The notes under the pieces were generated by a model. That model did no database searches, was not told where the DNA came from, and saw only the letters and a list, made by a program, of their open reading frames with translations. This document shows positions 31,926 to 44,349 of a DNA stretch of 64,000 bases, in pieces; position 1 is the first letter of the stretch; each line of letters opens with the position of its first letter. Where the stretch lies: assembly GCA_963785235.1 (NCBI GenBank), contig CAWAUM010000003.1, positions 64,001 through 128,000 of the forward strand, read 5' to 3'. The position numbers and the translations under genes were made by a program. The stretch is from an uncultured delta proteobacterium (GTDB lineage Bacteria; Desulfobacterota; Desulfomonilia; UBA1062).

Positions 31926-33212
31926 CTAAAACTGTGTCTTGGCCGCCTTGTTGGCTGCAATTATGGCCTGATTGGCCATATCGATGGAACGGCCCAGGGT
32001 GTTCAGGACCTGATCGGGGTTATGGAACCCCATGCTGTTTTCCGCAGCCACGATGTCCCAGAACCATTGGGCCTTGCGGACAAGTTCCCTCGCCTTGTCA
32101 AGTCCGGCCTTGTCGGCCTTGTCTACTGCAGCAGCCTTGCCGATGACCTCATGGGCCCGGGCCACTGTCTGCCCTGCTATCCGCTGAAGCTGCCAGACAT
32201 TGTTCTGCTGTGTCTTGACCCTTTCCAGAAACCACTGCGCGCCCTGGGTGTGGCAGGTCTGGCAGGATTCTTTCGCATGCTTCATGGGACTCGTCACCCA
32301 GTGTGAAGAGTATTTCTGTCCGTTTTCCCGCATGAACGGCATGTGGCAGTCGGCGCAGGAAACACCCGATTTCGCATGAACGCCACCCGCCCAGGTTTCA
32401 AAATCCGGGTGCTGGGCCTTGAGCATCTTGGCCTGGGAATCGGGGTGTACCCAGTCCTGCTCGAAATTGGCGGGCTTCTCTTCATAGTAGGCATACATCT
32501 GTTCGGGGAGGTAGCCCTTGTCCCAGGGGAAGACGACCTTTTTTGTCTTGGGTTCGAAATAGTATTCAGCGTGGCACTGGCCGCATACATAACTGCGCAT
32601 ATCTTCTCGGGGCGCTTTCTTGCACATCGATACCTTTACGCTGCATGGCCTCAATGAAGGCAGGATTGACGACACGGAGCTTCATGGTAGCCGGGTCATG
32701 GCAGTTGGCGCAGGTGATGGGATGTTTCATTTTCAGAAATAAATCCGCAAGCGGCATGATGGCATAACCCCACCCCTTGCTCCTTGATAGATGTCTATGA
32801 TGTTGGCCGTCTTGCACGTCATGCAGGCGCCCACACTGGCCGGTGTGACACGCTTCGATCCCTTGAGGTCCTCGACGGCATAGGGATGGCCCCGGTCTTC
32901 CGAGTAGTCTTTGCTGAAGGGCATGCCCTTGAAGTTCATCGAGGATCTCCGGCTCCTTGATGGACTTCTGCACCTTCTCGCTGCCGCCGAACCCTGTGGG
33001 AGATGGCGCCATCTCCAGATTCTTCTTATAGCTCTTGTATTCCAGCGGGTAATACTTGCCCCATACAGCGGGGTCATATTCGCCTGCAGGCAGCTTGGCC
33101 AGTTTCATGGCTGTGGGGGGCTCAAGCAGGAATGCCTGGACGATTACAGCCGCAACAGCGACTACGCACCGAGCCCCACAATCATTATGATAATTTTTAT
33201 CTTGTTATTCAA
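31926..33212 (-). pseudogene. nrfA: Cytochrome c nitrite reductase catalytic subunit, split by several frameshifts (decay or sequencing error)
   Basis: CMTCK active-site haem, CANCH, CGQCH, CADCH, CQTCH, KAQHPDFE, AENSMGFHNP spread over several frames. Confidence 0.8.
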
Positions 33213-33533
33213 CTTTGATCCCTCCTGTTTCCTGTACAGGGCCATGGACAAGTCTGTGATGGCACTTGAGGCAATTGCCCCCTGTAAGGCCATGAACGTA
33301 TTTCCTACGGTGGAGTAGTGGCAGCGCAGACAGTTTCCTTCGGCGATCCCCCTCGCTTCGGCGAGATACCGGATTGAGGCCGGATAGCTCCGCAGGGTTT
33401 CATGGTAAAGATCATTGAGCCCGGCCTTTGTCTTGTAGGCAACCTTAATGGCGATGTTGCTGTCTGGCAGGTGACACTCGATGCATGCGAACTGTTTGTG
33501 GTTGGATTGCTGCCAGTGTGCGCCCACGTCTGC
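33209..33533 (-). pseudogene. nrfH: 5'-truncated cytochrome c nitrite reductase small subunit
   Basis: WQQSNHKQFACIECHLP, NCLRCH; N-terminal anchor and first haem motif absent; 3' frameshift. Confidence 0.75.
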
Positions 33534-33591
33534 AACCAGACACTTCTATCGGTGGGACTGTTCTTCAATAAGAAGTAGGGCGAATCTGGTC
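33534..33591 (+). repeat. Direct repeat copy 2 (duplicated hydratase 3' end)
   Basis: AACCAGACACTTCTATCGGTGGGACTGTTCTTCAATAAGAAGTAG...; begins where nrfH similarity stops. Confidence 0.85.
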
Positions 33592-33677
33592 ATAATGAGA
33601 GCAATGGGCTTCTGAACCTGGGTTTTAAGCCTCCCCAACATTTCTTCCTGGTGAAGGGAGTTCTCTGCCGGGTTTAT

Positions 33678-34055
33678 CTATGGTTTTATCCTTTTCCAGA
33701 TCGTATCCTGTGAGGACTTCTGCCGCAATGTTCCACCGCCATCAGGTGAATAAATCAAGGTGAAAAGGCTTTCAACCCCTGATGTATCTGAACAAAAGAC
33801 CCTGTAGGTTGTGCTGTTATGGAGATGGCTCTTCTCTGTTTTGACCTTTTTGATCGTATACGTGAAGCCCTCTGAATCCTGTGAACCGAAGGTAATGGAT
33901 TGGCTTGAAATATCTATGTATTCACCTTTGTAAGCCTGATTATCCGTTGTCCAGGTACCTGCAATATCAAGAGGCAGGGACTTGCTGGAGTTACACTGGA
34001 TCATAAAAACACTGAATAGACAAAAGAGAATCCACAATAGTCTGTGTGTATTCAT
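33678..34055 (-). CDS. Hypothetical exported protein, probable lipoprotein
   Basis: Hydrophobic N-terminus followed by Cys; IAGTWTT lipocalin-like start; directly abuts the HD-GYP stop. Confidence 0.65.
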   Translation of the reverse strand: MNTHRLLWILFCLFSVFMIQCNSSKSLPLDIAGTWTTDNQAYKGEYIDISSQSITFGSQDSEGFTYTIKKVKTEKSHLHNSTTYRVFCSDTSGVESLFTLIYSPDGGGTLRQKSSQDTIWKRIKP

Positions 34056-36168
34056 TTACGCACACTCCTTGATCACATCATGTGCCGACATAACCTTCAG
34101 AAAAGCTTGGACTACCTCAGGATCGAACTGCCTGCCGGCTTCTTTGCGGATCTCTCTGAGGACAACAGCCGCCTCCATGCCGGGACGGTACGGCCGGTCA
34201 GAGGTCATGGCGTCGTATGTATCCGCAACCGCCATTATGCGCGCTCCAAGGGAAATCATATGCCCAGCGAGCCTTCTCGGATAACCCTTGCCATCGAAAC
34301 GTTCATGGTGCTGCAAAACTATTGGGATCATTTCCGCATATGACGATATCGGCTCCAGGATACGGGCACCACTTTCCGGATGCTCCTGGATTATTGCATA
34401 TTCTTCATTGGTGAGCTTCCCGTTCTTGTCGAGTATAGCCCGCGGGGTGCTTACCTTTCCTATGTCATGGAGCATGCCTGCCTTATTCAATACATCAAGC
34501 TGGTGCTTGCCGAGCCCCATGGTCTCTCCGATCCTCAAGGCTATTGCAGCGACCCGCTCGGAATGTCCTGCAGTCCAGGGAGATTTCGCATCAACCACCC
34601 TTGCCAGGGCTGTCAAGGTACCCCAGTTGAGGGTCTTGAGCTCACTGATGAGATATGCATTGGATAAGGCCACTGCCACGCGGTCGGTTATCTGACGTGC
34701 CCTGACCTGATGATCCTTGTCTTTGAAGACATCGTCCCGTGCCGCCAGAAAGACAATCGCCATCATATGGGTATTTAAGGTTATCGGCATGACAAGAAAG
34801 GAGGCCATATCCTTATGCACCAGCGAAGAGAGGTATTTCGGGATATAACTGTCCCGGGCAGAGATCAGGCACTCGGATTTATTATAAAGAAAGACAAGAT
34901 CATCATTATTCAAAGAATGTATTTCCAAGTCACTTTTTACAGCATGTGAAGGGATAGCACGATAATGGGTTATCCATCTTTCATCCGTACTAAGATAACG
35001 GTAGCAGACACCTGCCGCATGGCACGGACACAGGTCGTCAATCCGGGTTATAAAGGTATCGATGATACTTTCAAAGTCAAACTCGGACAGGATTGCCCGG
35101 TCAATATCCGTCATGGTCTGCAATGTTTTGAACTGCTCGTCTATGCGGGTAATCATTGTATTGAAGGACCCTGCAAGGTTCTCGAACTCATCTCCGCTGT
35201 TTATGATCACCCTTGATTCAAAATCTCCCTGGGATATCTTGAGCGTCCCCTGCTGGAGCCGTTCCAGAGGAACGAGATATCTTCTGATCTGATTGGTGCT
35301 GATCAACACAATGACAACGAAAGCCAACAGGATAACAAGGATGAATGTTATCTTAAAACTTTTCACCGGACTGAAGACATCTGCCATGGGCTCGGTCATG
35401 GCAAGTGACCATAATGGCCCGCTGAACCTGCTTCCCAAAAAAACCGGTACGCTGCTGAGGATGTCGTCGCTTATCATCTGGCTGAAAATAATCTGATCCC
35501 CTAGCTTGCCGTCATTTATCCGCTGATGGAGTCGGCCTGTCTGTTCCTCTGGCAGTGTAGTGAAGATGACTCGACCTTTTTCAACAATGCTCACCCCGAC
35601 ATTACCAAAAGAATCCTCATGACTTTGTAAGATGCCAAGCAGGAAGTATGGCCTTATCTCTGCCAAAAATGTCAGCTCTTTTCCTGATTTCTCTTTTTTG
35701 AATTTATACATGAAGATCGAGGCCGAGGTCTGTGAGCGGCTGTGAGTAAATAACACGGTTTTCCCTGCGGCCAGTTCTCTTTTCTGCTTACTGCTTAAAG
35801 CAGGCCAGTCCTTTTTATCCCCTAAGAGGTCTGAAAGAAGAAATCCGTCCTGAGAGGCTACCGACACTGCCGAAAAGTATCGATCGAATCCGTACGACTG
35901 TGTCCGAAGGTCGGTGTTCCTTATCCGTCTCATAATAGGCTGAGATCAATTCAATCTCATCTTCTGCAATGACGCACCGCTCTATCATAGACATCCCCAG
36001 GGTTACTGCCTGGTGATGGAGGCGGTCCTGGGAGGACTGTACGAGCTGATGGGATACCTGGTAGAAGGTGATGAAAGAAAGGATCACTAAGGGGACAATG
36101 GCGCTGAAGATAAACAACAGAAAGATACGATACGCGAATTTGCTCTTGAATAGCTCAAAGGATATCAT
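34056..36168 (-). CDS. Membrane HAMP-GAF-HD-GYP c-di-GMP phosphodiesterase, frameshifted near 35870
   Basis: TM in ORF 35815..36168; HAMP, GAF, HSERV, LHDIGK, HHERFDGKGYP, RPYR in ORF 34056..35933. Confidence 0.85.
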
Positions 36169-36179
36169 GGCGTGGAGTT

Positions 36180-36665
36180 TTAAATAATGTCTCTGGCTAT
36201 GCCGAGGTATGACCCGTTGAATGCCCTGATGATGTCATCTTGGCTTGGATTTGCCTGGATGGTGTCTTGGCTCTTGCCGTCCTTGCCGATGCTGAACAGG
36301 TCATAATCCGTATTTATGGGATGTACAGGCCCGTTTTTCCTGCAACCAGTGCACTTGTGTTTATTGTCATTTGCCATTATGAATTCATTATTTTGATACT
36401 GGTAAGCTCTATCCCAAGGATCTTTCAGGCCACCCCTGCCGATATCACCCAGCGAATCGGGGTAGCGGTTGTTCTCGGCATAAAACTTCTCAATCAGCAG
36501 CCCAATGCCGGTCATGTCCGCCACAGCCTGTGCGGCATCAGTTTTTTCCTTGTATCCTGTATACGCCGGGACGGCTATTCCTGAAACAATGGCGATAATA
36601 CAGACAACCAGCATCAACTCTATGAAGGTGACCCCGCGGTTTGAACAGGATATCCACGTCATCAT
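36180..36665 (-). CDS. Prepilin / GspG-like pseudopilin
   Basis: RG/VTFIELMLVV, YPDSL, KDPWDRAYQY, DYDLFSIGKDG, DDIIRA. Confidence 0.85.
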   Translation of the reverse strand: MMTWISCSNRGVTFIELMLVVCIIAIVSGIAVPAYTGYKEKTDAAQAVADMTGIGLLIEKFYAENNRYPDSLGDIGRGGLKDPWDRAYQYQNNEFIMANDNKHKCTGCRKNGPVHPINTDYDLFSIGKDGKSQDTIQANPSQDDIIRAFNGSYLGIARDII

Positions 36666-36946
36666 ACCGCGCCGGATCGATCTTGCCGCATTTTGCGAAA
36701 AGATCTGTTTTGACTTTAATTCTTTTATATTTTCAGTATGATATGAAGGCTTCATATTCATCCTCAATATATTATTGAACATCAATTCTTTATCGGAATT
36801 ATCACAGCTATAGATTAATCGGGGCTATACCCTGAATAGTCTGCAAAACCTGCATGATCAGACCATGCAGCTAATCATTCTTTTCTCTTTGATCCCCAGT
36901 GTTGATGGATTATAACAAAACCATAGCGCAGAGAAAGGAACATGCC

Positions 36947-37261
36947 ATGTCGGAATTCAGGGATGTAACAATAGTCAAAAAGGCCAATGTTTATTTCAAC
37001 GGAAACGTTACCAGCCGCTCGATCATCTTTTCAGACGGTTCAAAAAAGACGCTTGGCATCATGCTTCCAGGCGAATACGAGTTCACAACGGCCGAGAGCG
37101 AGATCATGGAGATCTATGCCGGTGATCTGGATGTCCTGCTGCCTGGAACACAGGAATGGAAGGCCATCAAAGGCCCGGGTGCCTTTGAAGTGCCGGCCCG
37201 ATCCAAATTCAGCCTGAAGGTGAGGAGCCTGACGGATTACTGCTGCTCCTTTGTCAAATGA
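36947..37261 (+). CDS. ppnP: Pyrimidine/purine nucleoside phosphorylase (DUF1255)
   Basis: [33 protein letters not shown]. Confidence 0.92.
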   Translation: MSEFRDVTIVKKANVYFNGNVTSRSIIFSDGSKKTLGIMLPGEYEFTTAESEIMEIYAGDLDVLLPGTQEWKAIKGPGAFEVPARSKFSLKVRSLTDYCCSFVK

Positions 37262-37279
37262 GATCTTGTTCTCTATTTT

Positions 37280-39253
37280 TCAAACCTCGATGGCATCTCC
37301 TGCAATGAGTTCTTCCACGGTGATGGCCTCAGCCATGATATTGCCGATGATCTTTGAAAAGTTCGCAGGGTCATCGGGTTTTGAACCCTCTGATATGAGC
37401 GCCAGATCAAAGAGGAGACGGGCATAATCCTTAAGGGCAGGATCCTTCCTGTTCTTCTCAAATATAAACTTGATATTGGAAACGGCCGGATGGTCGATAT
37501 TGAGCTCGAGGATCCTCTTGGCAGGCTCGGTCTTCTGCCCGCTCGCCTTCATGATCTTCTCCAGATAGGGGCTCATATCATAGGTTTCCCCGGAAAGGCA
37601 CGCAAGGGAATCCTTCAGGTGCGTGGATACCTTCACATCCTTTACCCGGTCTTTCAGCTCTTCCTTGAGAAAGCCGAAGAAATCGCTGAACTCGTTCTTT
37701 TTCTTTTCATCTACCTCTGTGAGGCTGAGGTCGCCCTTTTCCGCGCTCGTGAATTTCTTGTGGTCGAACTCCCTTAAGACCTGCACGACAAACTCATCGA
37801 TGGGGTCGGTCATGAACACCACCTCGATGTCCTTTTCCTTGAGGCGCTCCAGGTGGGGGCTGTTCAGCAGGGCTGCGACATTCTCGCCGGTGATATAATA
37901 GATAGTATCCTGTCCGGGTTGCATGCGGGCCGTATAATCGGTGAGTGAAACATATCCCCCCTCGGATTTCGTGGTCTGGTACCTCAGGAGCTTCGAGATC
38001 CTCTCCCGGTTGTCGTGGTCGGTGGGGATGCCGATCTTCATGACAGGTCCGAACTCGGCATAGAACTGGTCGTATTTCTCCTTGTCCATGCCTTCCAAAA
38101 GGTCGAAGATACGCTTGATGAGGTTCTTGCGGATGTTCCTCACCAGGCTGTCCTGCTGGAGGATCTCGCGGCTGATGTTGAGGTTCAGATCCGGGGCATC
38201 CACCACGCCCTGGATAAAGCTGAAGTATTCGGGCATGAGCTCCTTGCAGTCATCCATGATGAACACGCGCTTGCAGTAGAGGTGGATCCCGTGTTTGCGC
38301 TCACGCATGGTAAAGTCCAGGGGGATCTTGGAGGGGATGTACAGCAGGGCGTTGTATTCGGTGGTCCCTTCGAACCTGATGTGGATATGCTCCAGGGGCG
38401 GATTCCAGTCATGGCTGATGTGCTTGTAGAACTCTGTATACTCTTCTTCTGAAACATCAGCCTTGTTTCTGGTCCAGATGGCCTTCATGGAGTTGAGCGT
38501 CTCTTCGCGCTTCACCTTACGGGTCGTTTCACCCATGGGTTGCCCTTGGCTGTCCTTGAGGAGTTCGGCATCCGGGATGGTTTCGTCGCGCTCCACATCC
38601 ATGACAATGGGGTAGTTCACGAAGTCGGAGTGGCGCTTCACCACATCCCGTATGGTCCATTCGTCCGTATAGTCGGGCTCATCTTCGTTCTTTTCCTTGA
38701 GCTTGAGGGTAACCGACGTGCCCCTTCCCTTCTTTGTGGTCTCCTCGATGGTATAGGAGCCGTCTCCTGTGGATTCCCACCTGGTCGCGGTCTTGGCGCC
38801 TGCAGCCTTCGTGATGAGGGTGACCTTTTCGGCCACGATGAACGAGCTGTAGAACCCGACACCGAACTGGCCGATGAGCTCGGGTGCGATGCTTTCCTTT
38901 TTCTTCATGGCGTCGATGGCTTCAAGGAAGGCCTTTGTGCCGCTCTGGGCTATGGTCCCGATGTTTTCCACCACCTCGTCGTACGTCATGCCGATCCCAT
39001 TGTCCTCGATGGTGATGGTCCTGGCTTTGGGATCAGGGATTATCCTGATCTTGAATTCGGTGTCCTTGCCAAGGATTCCCTGTTCGGTCTGCGAACTGAA
39101 CCTGATCTTGTCGATGGCGTCAGAGGCATTCGAGATGAGCTCCCGCAGGAAGATCTCGGGATGCGAATACAGCGAATTGATAATGAGCTTCAGAACTTTC
39201 TGAACCTCTGCCTTGAACTGGTGTGTCTCTTTCTTATGCTCTGCCTTCTCCAT
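37280..39253 (-). CDS. htpG: Chaperone HtpG (Hsp90)
   Basis: [37 protein letters not shown]. Confidence 0.98.
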   Translation of the reverse strand: MEKAEHKKETHQFKAEVQKVLKLIINSLYSHPEIFLRELISNASDAIDKIRFSSQTEQGILGKDTEFKIRIIPDPKARTITIEDNGIGMTYDEVVENIGTIAQSGTKAFLEAIDAMKKKESIAPELIGQFGVGFYSSFIVAEKVTLITKAAGAKTATRWESTGDGSYTIEETTKKGRGTSVTLKLKEKNEDEPDYTDEWTIRDVVKRHSDFVNYPIVMDVERDETIPDAELLKDSQGQPMGETTRKVKREETLNSMKAIWTRNKADVSEEEYTEFYKHISHDWNPPLEHIHIRFEGTTEYNALLYIPSKIPLDFTMRERKHGIHLYCKRVFIMDDCKELMPEYFSFIQGVVDAPDLNLNISREILQQDSLVRNIRKNLIKRIFDLLEGMDKEKYDQFYAEFGPVMKIGIPTDHDNRERISKLLRYQTTKSEGGYVSLTDYTARMQPGQDTIYYITGENVAALLNSPHLERLKEKDIEVVFMTDPIDEFVVQVLREFDHKKFTSAEKGDLSLTEVDEKKKNEFSDFFGFLKEELKDRVKDVKVSTHLKDSLACLSGETYDMSPYLEKIMKASGQKTEPAKRILELNIDHPAVSNIKFIFEKNRKDPALKDYARLLFDLALISEGSKPDDPANFSKIIGNIMAEAITVEELIAGDAIEV

Positions 39254-39346
39254 AGCGCCTCCGTTTGTTCTGGTGTTTAAATTATGTCGGATATCATAGG
39301 ATTACATAGGCACTCAAGGCTCAAAAATCAAGGCGCCTCACATTTT

Positions 39347-39961
39347 TCAGGAAAACACCATGCCGGGAAAGAACCTTTTCATCTCGTCTAAGAACTGCTG
39401 TTTACCTGTATAGCAGATGGCATGCAGGCCTCTTGAACGGGCCCTTTCTACATGGCCTATGGTATCGTCGATAAAGAGTGTCTCGTCCGGCCTGAGACCC
39501 ATGACTGCAATGACGTCGGAAAAGATGCTCGGGTCGTTCTTGCTCTTGCCCAGATAGAAGCTGTTGAACACACGCTCGAACTCCTTGAAGAAATGCAATT
39601 TTGAATCAAGCTCATCAAGCCAGTTGGTCTGATCGCTCAGGATAGCCACGCGTACAGATGCCTCCTTCAACCTTTTTACCAGTACCATCATCCAGTCCCT
39701 CAGGATAAAGCGCTCCAGGATGATGGTCTTCAGCTCTTCATCACTGCTTGTAATCCCTGTTCGCGCCCTCAGTTGTTCCCATAAGGAGGCCTCGCTGCCA
39801 TGGCCGGTGAGGTACCCGCTTGAGAAGATCAGGCCCTGCACTGTATGAAAAAATTCATCCGCATCCAGAGAATTCACCGAAGCGATATGCATAATCCCGT
39901 TTCGGAACCCCTCTTCTGCAATCACCCCTCCAAAGTCGAACAATACGGCATTTATGTTCAT
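39347..39961 (-). CDS. HAD-family phosphatase
   Basis: LFDFGGVI, ILSDQ, GKSK, LFIDD. Confidence 0.88.
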   Translation of the reverse strand: MNINAVLFDFGGVIAEEGFRNGIMHIASVNSLDADEFFHTVQGLIFSSGYLTGHGSEASLWEQLRARTGITSSDEELKTIILERFILRDWMMVLVKRLKEASVRVAILSDQTNWLDELDSKLHFFKEFERVFNSFYLGKSKNDPSIFSDVIAVMGLRPDETLFIDDTIGHVERARSRGLHAICYTGKQQFLDEMKRFFPGMVFS

Positions 39962-39976
39962 CAGTCCCTCCTTCTG

Positions 39977-40936
39977 TTAGACCAGGAGCCCTAAGAAAAA
40001 GCCCCTGAAGATAAAGAGCACAGGCAGTATCCCTGCAAGAAATATAATGGAATTCCACACGAACAGATTGGATGCAAACCCTGCATCCAGATCGAACAGG
40101 ACGCATGATACCACTGAATAAATGGCGGCAGGCATGAATGACTGGATGAATATCACGGTCTCGATGGCAGGGTTAAGATGGAGTGCCTTAAGGATGAGGA
40201 GAGTTACTGCCGGCACAAGCAAAAATTTTATTGCTGCAAGGGCTGCATTCTCTTTTCCTGAACCAAAAAAGGCAGGCAACTCGAAATTGAGCCCCAGGGT
40301 AAAGTAGTACAGCGCCATGGATATGATGATGAAGATATCCACAGGGAATAAAATATGGGGTCTTTCAAATCCAAGGGCAAGGAAAACAAGCGATAGGACA
40401 ATGGCAAAAAGCGGCATGTTCTGGAGGCTCAGGAAATAGTCAAATACAGTTGCAAGGTCAAGGCCTTTTCCCGTTGATTGCCTGCGGGCATAGGGGAAGA
40501 TGACGAGAAAGACAAAGGGCATGAAATAGGAAAGAAAGAGAAACGCCAGCCCGAGCCCCTGTTCCCCTATAAGGAGGTAGCACAGAAAGGCCCCCATGGT
40601 AAATCCGTGGTTGGCCAGGGTTGAACTGATCAGAAAGGTTGCACCCTTTTTCTCAGAAAGGCTTAGCATGCCCTTGAATACCTTGCCGAAAAACATGCCC
40701 GACATCACCAGGAAGAACCCGGCCAGAGGTAGCCAGAAAAGCTCTTGGGTGAGGGCCAGCCCCCATGTGCTCCACAGGGCGATAATAGGCTCGATAATGA
40801 CCAGATTGACCCTGATGAGCTTCTTGGTAAAACCTGATAGATCGGGTATCCTGTGTAGGCTTTTTACCGCCATGCCTGAGGCAAAGGGGACAATGATCAG
40901 TATCTGGAAGAGAATGAATCTCGTCGATATGTCCAT
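39977..40936 (-). CDS. AEC (auxin efflux carrier) family membrane transporter
   Basis: About ten hydrophobic segments, ANHGFTMG, IKFLLVP, MPAAIYS. Confidence 0.75.
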   Translation of the reverse strand: MDISTRFILFQILIIVPFASGMAVKSLHRIPDLSGFTKKLIRVNLVIIEPIIALWSTWGLALTQELFWLPLAGFFLVMSGMFFGKVFKGMLSLSEKKGATFLISSTLANHGFTMGAFLCYLLIGEQGLGLAFLFLSYFMPFVFLVIFPYARRQSTGKGLDLATVFDYFLSLQNMPLFAIVLSLVFLALGFERPHILFPVDIFIIISMALYYFTLGLNFELPAFFGSGKENAALAAIKFLLVPAVTLLILKALHLNPAIETVIFIQSFMPAAIYSVVSCVLFDLDAGFASNLFVWNSIIFLAGILPVLFIFRGFFLGLLV

Positions 40937-41032
40937 GGCGGCAAAAGTATCAAGCTCCTCATATAAGGATCAGTTACGACAGACCTTGTATCACACAACG
41001 TACCCGGCATGAAACTCATAGAGACAATTGTA

Positions 41033-41169
41033 TTGTTTTTAAAATGTAGTCCGTAAAAAACCATCATCTCGCAGCCTTGATGGTCCGTTAAGATTAGCAT
41101 TCTTCAGTGGCTGCGAGATGATGGTTTTTTACTGATCAAGTTTTGCGTATCTTAAGCGCAAAATCTGGG
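41033..41169. repeat. Intergenic hairpin element, long-loop copy A4
   Basis: 27-bp arms 41050..41076 and 41109..41135 (one mismatch), conserved tail. Confidence 0.88.
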
Positions 41170-41212
41170 TTTATTGAAGTCCCGGGAACCAGCCTTACAG
41201 ACGATCAGTTTT

Positions 41213-44155
41213 CTAAGGTATTGATACTGGTGGGCTAGGAAGTGTATCCTTAGTCTTATCAAGTTCAGACCTTACAGCCCGAGCAAGATCACTTAAGGCA
41301 TAGGGCTTACGAATATACGCACCCACACCCAGTTTAATGGCTTCCCTTACCCTGTCCGTCTCAGAGAAGCCACTGACGATGATGGCCTTCTGGTGACCCT
41401 GTACGGCAAGCATCTTCTTGTAGGTGTCCAAACCATCTATCCCGGTGTCCATAATCATGTCGAGAATAACAAGGTCTACTGCATTGAGTTTGATCAACTC
41501 CACGGCATCCTCACCGCTCATAACCGTATCCACATTGTAGCCGAGCTTTTTTAACAAACTTCTCGTTATTTCCCTTTGTTCCTCTGAATCATCCACCACA
41601 AGGATATGCTCCGTGCCTGAATAATCCTGGATCGACCCATTGTCAGCCTTCTCTTTGATAATGTGTCTGGTAACAGGGAAATAAAGGTCGAACCTTGTGC
41701 CCTCGCCTTCCTTGCTCTCCACATCGATGTAACCGTTGTGATCCTTGACCGTGGACCACACAACAGTCATTCCCAAGCCTGTACCGCTCCTGCCCATGAC
41801 CTTCTTTGAGAAGAATGGTTCAAAGATCTTTCTCAGGTCATCTTCTGAAATTCCAATACCGTTATCTGCAACCGACAGCACCGCATATTCTCCCTGGGAT
41901 ACCGTGTCATAGCCCTTGAGAGGCTTATCAAGATGCCTGTTGCCGGTGCTCACAGACACAGTTCCGCCCTTGTGCATAGCCTCGGCTGCATTCGAAACGA
42001 GGTTCATCAGGGTTTTGCCTAGGTGCACCTCTGAACCCAGTATATACTTGAGTTCATCATCAAGGCGTACATCAAAATTAACATGGGGGTGATACTCCTG
42101 GAGTTTCGAGAATTCAGGGCTTTCAAAATAGTCTCTCAATATTGCGTTGAGATCAACGACATTCGAGACATTGACCCCCCTGCGTGCAAGGGTGAGGAGG
42201 TCTTGAACCATTGCTGCAGCCTTGTCTCCGGACTTCTTGATGGTTTGTACCGCCTTCCTCATGGGGCTTTCCTCCGGGATTTCCATAAGGAGGAGTTCAG
42301 GATAGCTCGTGATACCACTTAAAATATTGTTCAGGTCATGGGCCACACCGCCGGCCAAGGATCCTATGGCCTCCATCTTCTGTGCCCTGATGAGCTGTTC
42401 CTCCAACTGTCTCTTCTCACGCTCGGCCTTTTTCCGGGCCGTGGTGTCATAGCCCACACAAAGGATCTCGGAGACATTGCCCTCTTTGTCGTAGATGGCC
42501 TTACTGCTCCAGTTTATCCATACTCGCTCTTTGCTTTTCAGGATATTCTCGCTCTCCATTGTATCATAACTTTCCGGGTTTGAGAGGAATACACTCATGG
42601 CAGAGGTCAAGTCCCTCCCGTTGAGATCTTTTTCCGGCACGATGAAGCCCAGGATGTTCCTGCCGAGCATCTCAGCTTCGTCATAGCCATAGAACTCCTT
42701 GGCATAACGGTTGACAAAGGTTACTTCACCCTTGGTATTGATCCTGAGGATGATACTGTTGGCACTCTCCACGAGCACACGGTATTTCTCCTCACTTGCC
42801 TGCATCATCTCAAAGGTGCGTGCATTATGAATGCTGATGGCGATCTGAGGGGCAATTCCCATGAGGAGATTGAGATCGCTCTGTTTGGGAGGGCCTATAG
42901 TCTTTGTATTATCGAGAGAGAGAACCCCCAGCGGCTCATCCTCATAGATAATCGGGACACAGATAAATGATCGGGCGCCTGATGTGCGGACAAGATCCTT
43001 GCTCCGCTGAGACAGGTTATCTATGATTTCATTCACATCATTCACAAGGAATGGCTTTTTCTGCCTGAAAGCCATGACGAATGGCCCCTTTGACCCGGGA
43101 TTGTCAAGATGAAGCTCAGTAGTTCTCAGTGATTCCAACTGCCCGGCCGTATACCCATATCCGGCTTTGATTTGAAGCCTTTTTCTTTCATGGTTCGCAA
43201 GGAGGATCATCCCCCTGTCATAGTCGAGGTGTTTCTTGAGGGTGACCATTGCAATATTTAAGAGCTCATCTATATCGAGTACGCTGGAGATTGCCTGGCC
43301 AAGCTCCTGTATCAGTTCTGCATCGCTGTATCTTCGGTTCGATTCAGCCATGAGCTGTTCCGCCATTTTGCCCTGATGCTCGATCTGCCGCCTGAGGTCC
43401 TGCTTCTCCTTAATCCCGATATAAGCTGAGAAGCCTAAAACCATCGAAAGCAATCCGAGACCGATGTCTGCTGTGTGAGTAGTGGATAGAAAAAATGAAC
43501 CGATGGCTGTGGATAGTATACTTAAGAGAAGAATGAGATTTCTCAATCGTTTAAGCTTGAGCGATAACGGCTCATTCCAGGAAATAAGATATTTACAGTA
43601 GTTTGCCCCTTTGTGAATGCATTCGTTATGCTCAACAATTGCATACTCTCCGGTAAAAGGCATGGCCAGGGCTTCCATTGATCCAAGACGGTTTTGGCAT
43701 TGATAGAGTTTTTCCTTTACCCCTGGATTCTGTTCGAAGACAGCCTCAACCTTGTTTGATGCAATTTTATTAATTGTGATCTTGGTTCCTCTTGTAAGCT
43801 TTGATCCGATCTTTCCCATGACTTCATAGGCTGTTGATGGTTCGATAAAACTGAAGATATACTGGCGGATTATGCCATAGGACGCAGATGTCGTGCCATA
43901 CCTGCCTGCATCACGTGCGATATTAGTATGATTGGTGAGTTTGTCTACAATCTCATGAAAACGGTCAGCCTGTTCCTGTGTATACCAATAACCGTCATCA
44001 TCTAACTGAGACTTCGTAATACCAGAGTAATCAAGGATATGGTCAATATTCAGTTCAGGATAATTCTTTCGGACATACTCCAGGTATGTCTTTATAATTT
44101 TTATATGATAGAGGTGCTTACCCTGTTGCCCAGCATCATTCATGCATCGATCCAT
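41213..44155 (-). CDS. Hybrid histidine kinase: V4R/H-NOX-like N-terminus, 2 TM, GAF, PAS, HisKA, HATPase, REC
   Basis: CQNRLG...[18 protein letters not shown]; GGVAHDLNN; GTGLGM; ILVVDD...LDMIMD. Confidence 0.88.
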   Translation of the reverse strand: MDRCMNDAGQQGKHLYHIKIIKTYLEYVRKNYPELNIDHILDYSGITKSQLDDDGYWYTQEQADRFHEIVDKLTNHTNIARDAGRYGTTSASYGIIRQYIFSFIEPSTAYEVMGKIGSKLTRGTKITINKIASNKVEAVFEQNPGVKEKLYQCQNRLGSMEALAMPFTGEYAIVEHNECIHKGANYCKYLISWNEPLSLKLKRLRNLILLLSILSTAIGSFFLSTTHTADIGLGLLSMVLGFSAYIGIKEKQDLRRQIEHQGKMAEQLMAESNRRYSDAELIQELGQAISSVLDIDELLNIAMVTLKKHLDYDRGMILLANHERKRLQIKAGYGYTAGQLESLRTTELHLDNPGSKGPFVMAFRQKKPFLVNDVNEIIDNLSQRSKDLVRTSGARSFICVPIIYEDEPLGVLSLDNTKTIGPPKQSDLNLLMGIAPQIAISIHNARTFEMMQASEEKYRVLVESANSIILRINTKGEVTFVNRYAKEFYGYDEAEMLGRNILGFIVPEKDLNGRDLTSAMSVFLSNPESYDTMESENILKSKERVWINWSSKAIYDKEGNVSEILCVGYDTTARKKAEREKRQLEEQLIRAQKMEAIGSLAGGVAHDLNNILSGITSYPELLLMEIPEESPMRKAVQTIKKSGDKAAAMVQDLLTLARRGVNVSNVVDLNAILRDYFESPEFSKLQEYHPHVNFDVRLDDELKYILGSEVHLGKTLMNLVSNAAEAMHKGGTVSVSTGNRHLDKPLKGYDTVSQGEYAVLSVADNGIGISEDDLRKIFEPFFSKKVMGRSGTGLGMTVVWSTVKDHNGYIDVESKEGEGTRFDLYFPVTRHIIKEKADNGSIQDYSGTEHILVVDDSEEQREITRSLLKKLGYNVDTVMSGEDAVELIKLNAVDLVILDMIMDTGIDGLDTYKKMLAVQGHQKAIIVSGFSETDRVREAIKLGVGAYIRKPYALSDLARAVRSELDKTKDTLPSPPVSIP

Positions 44156-44349
44156 TATTCCGTATTAAAAGAAGCCCCGATCGAGAAGGCTTCCTTCTCC
44201 ACAAAAACTTCAGGTTCGAATTTCGAAATTACATCAATCAAACCGTACTTTTATAATCGGCAATATGAAAAGGGAACATGACTTTATTCTGAATGCTTCA
44301 AGAGATCATGAATGCACGGTTTGCGGACATATTGACGGTTACTTAACTC

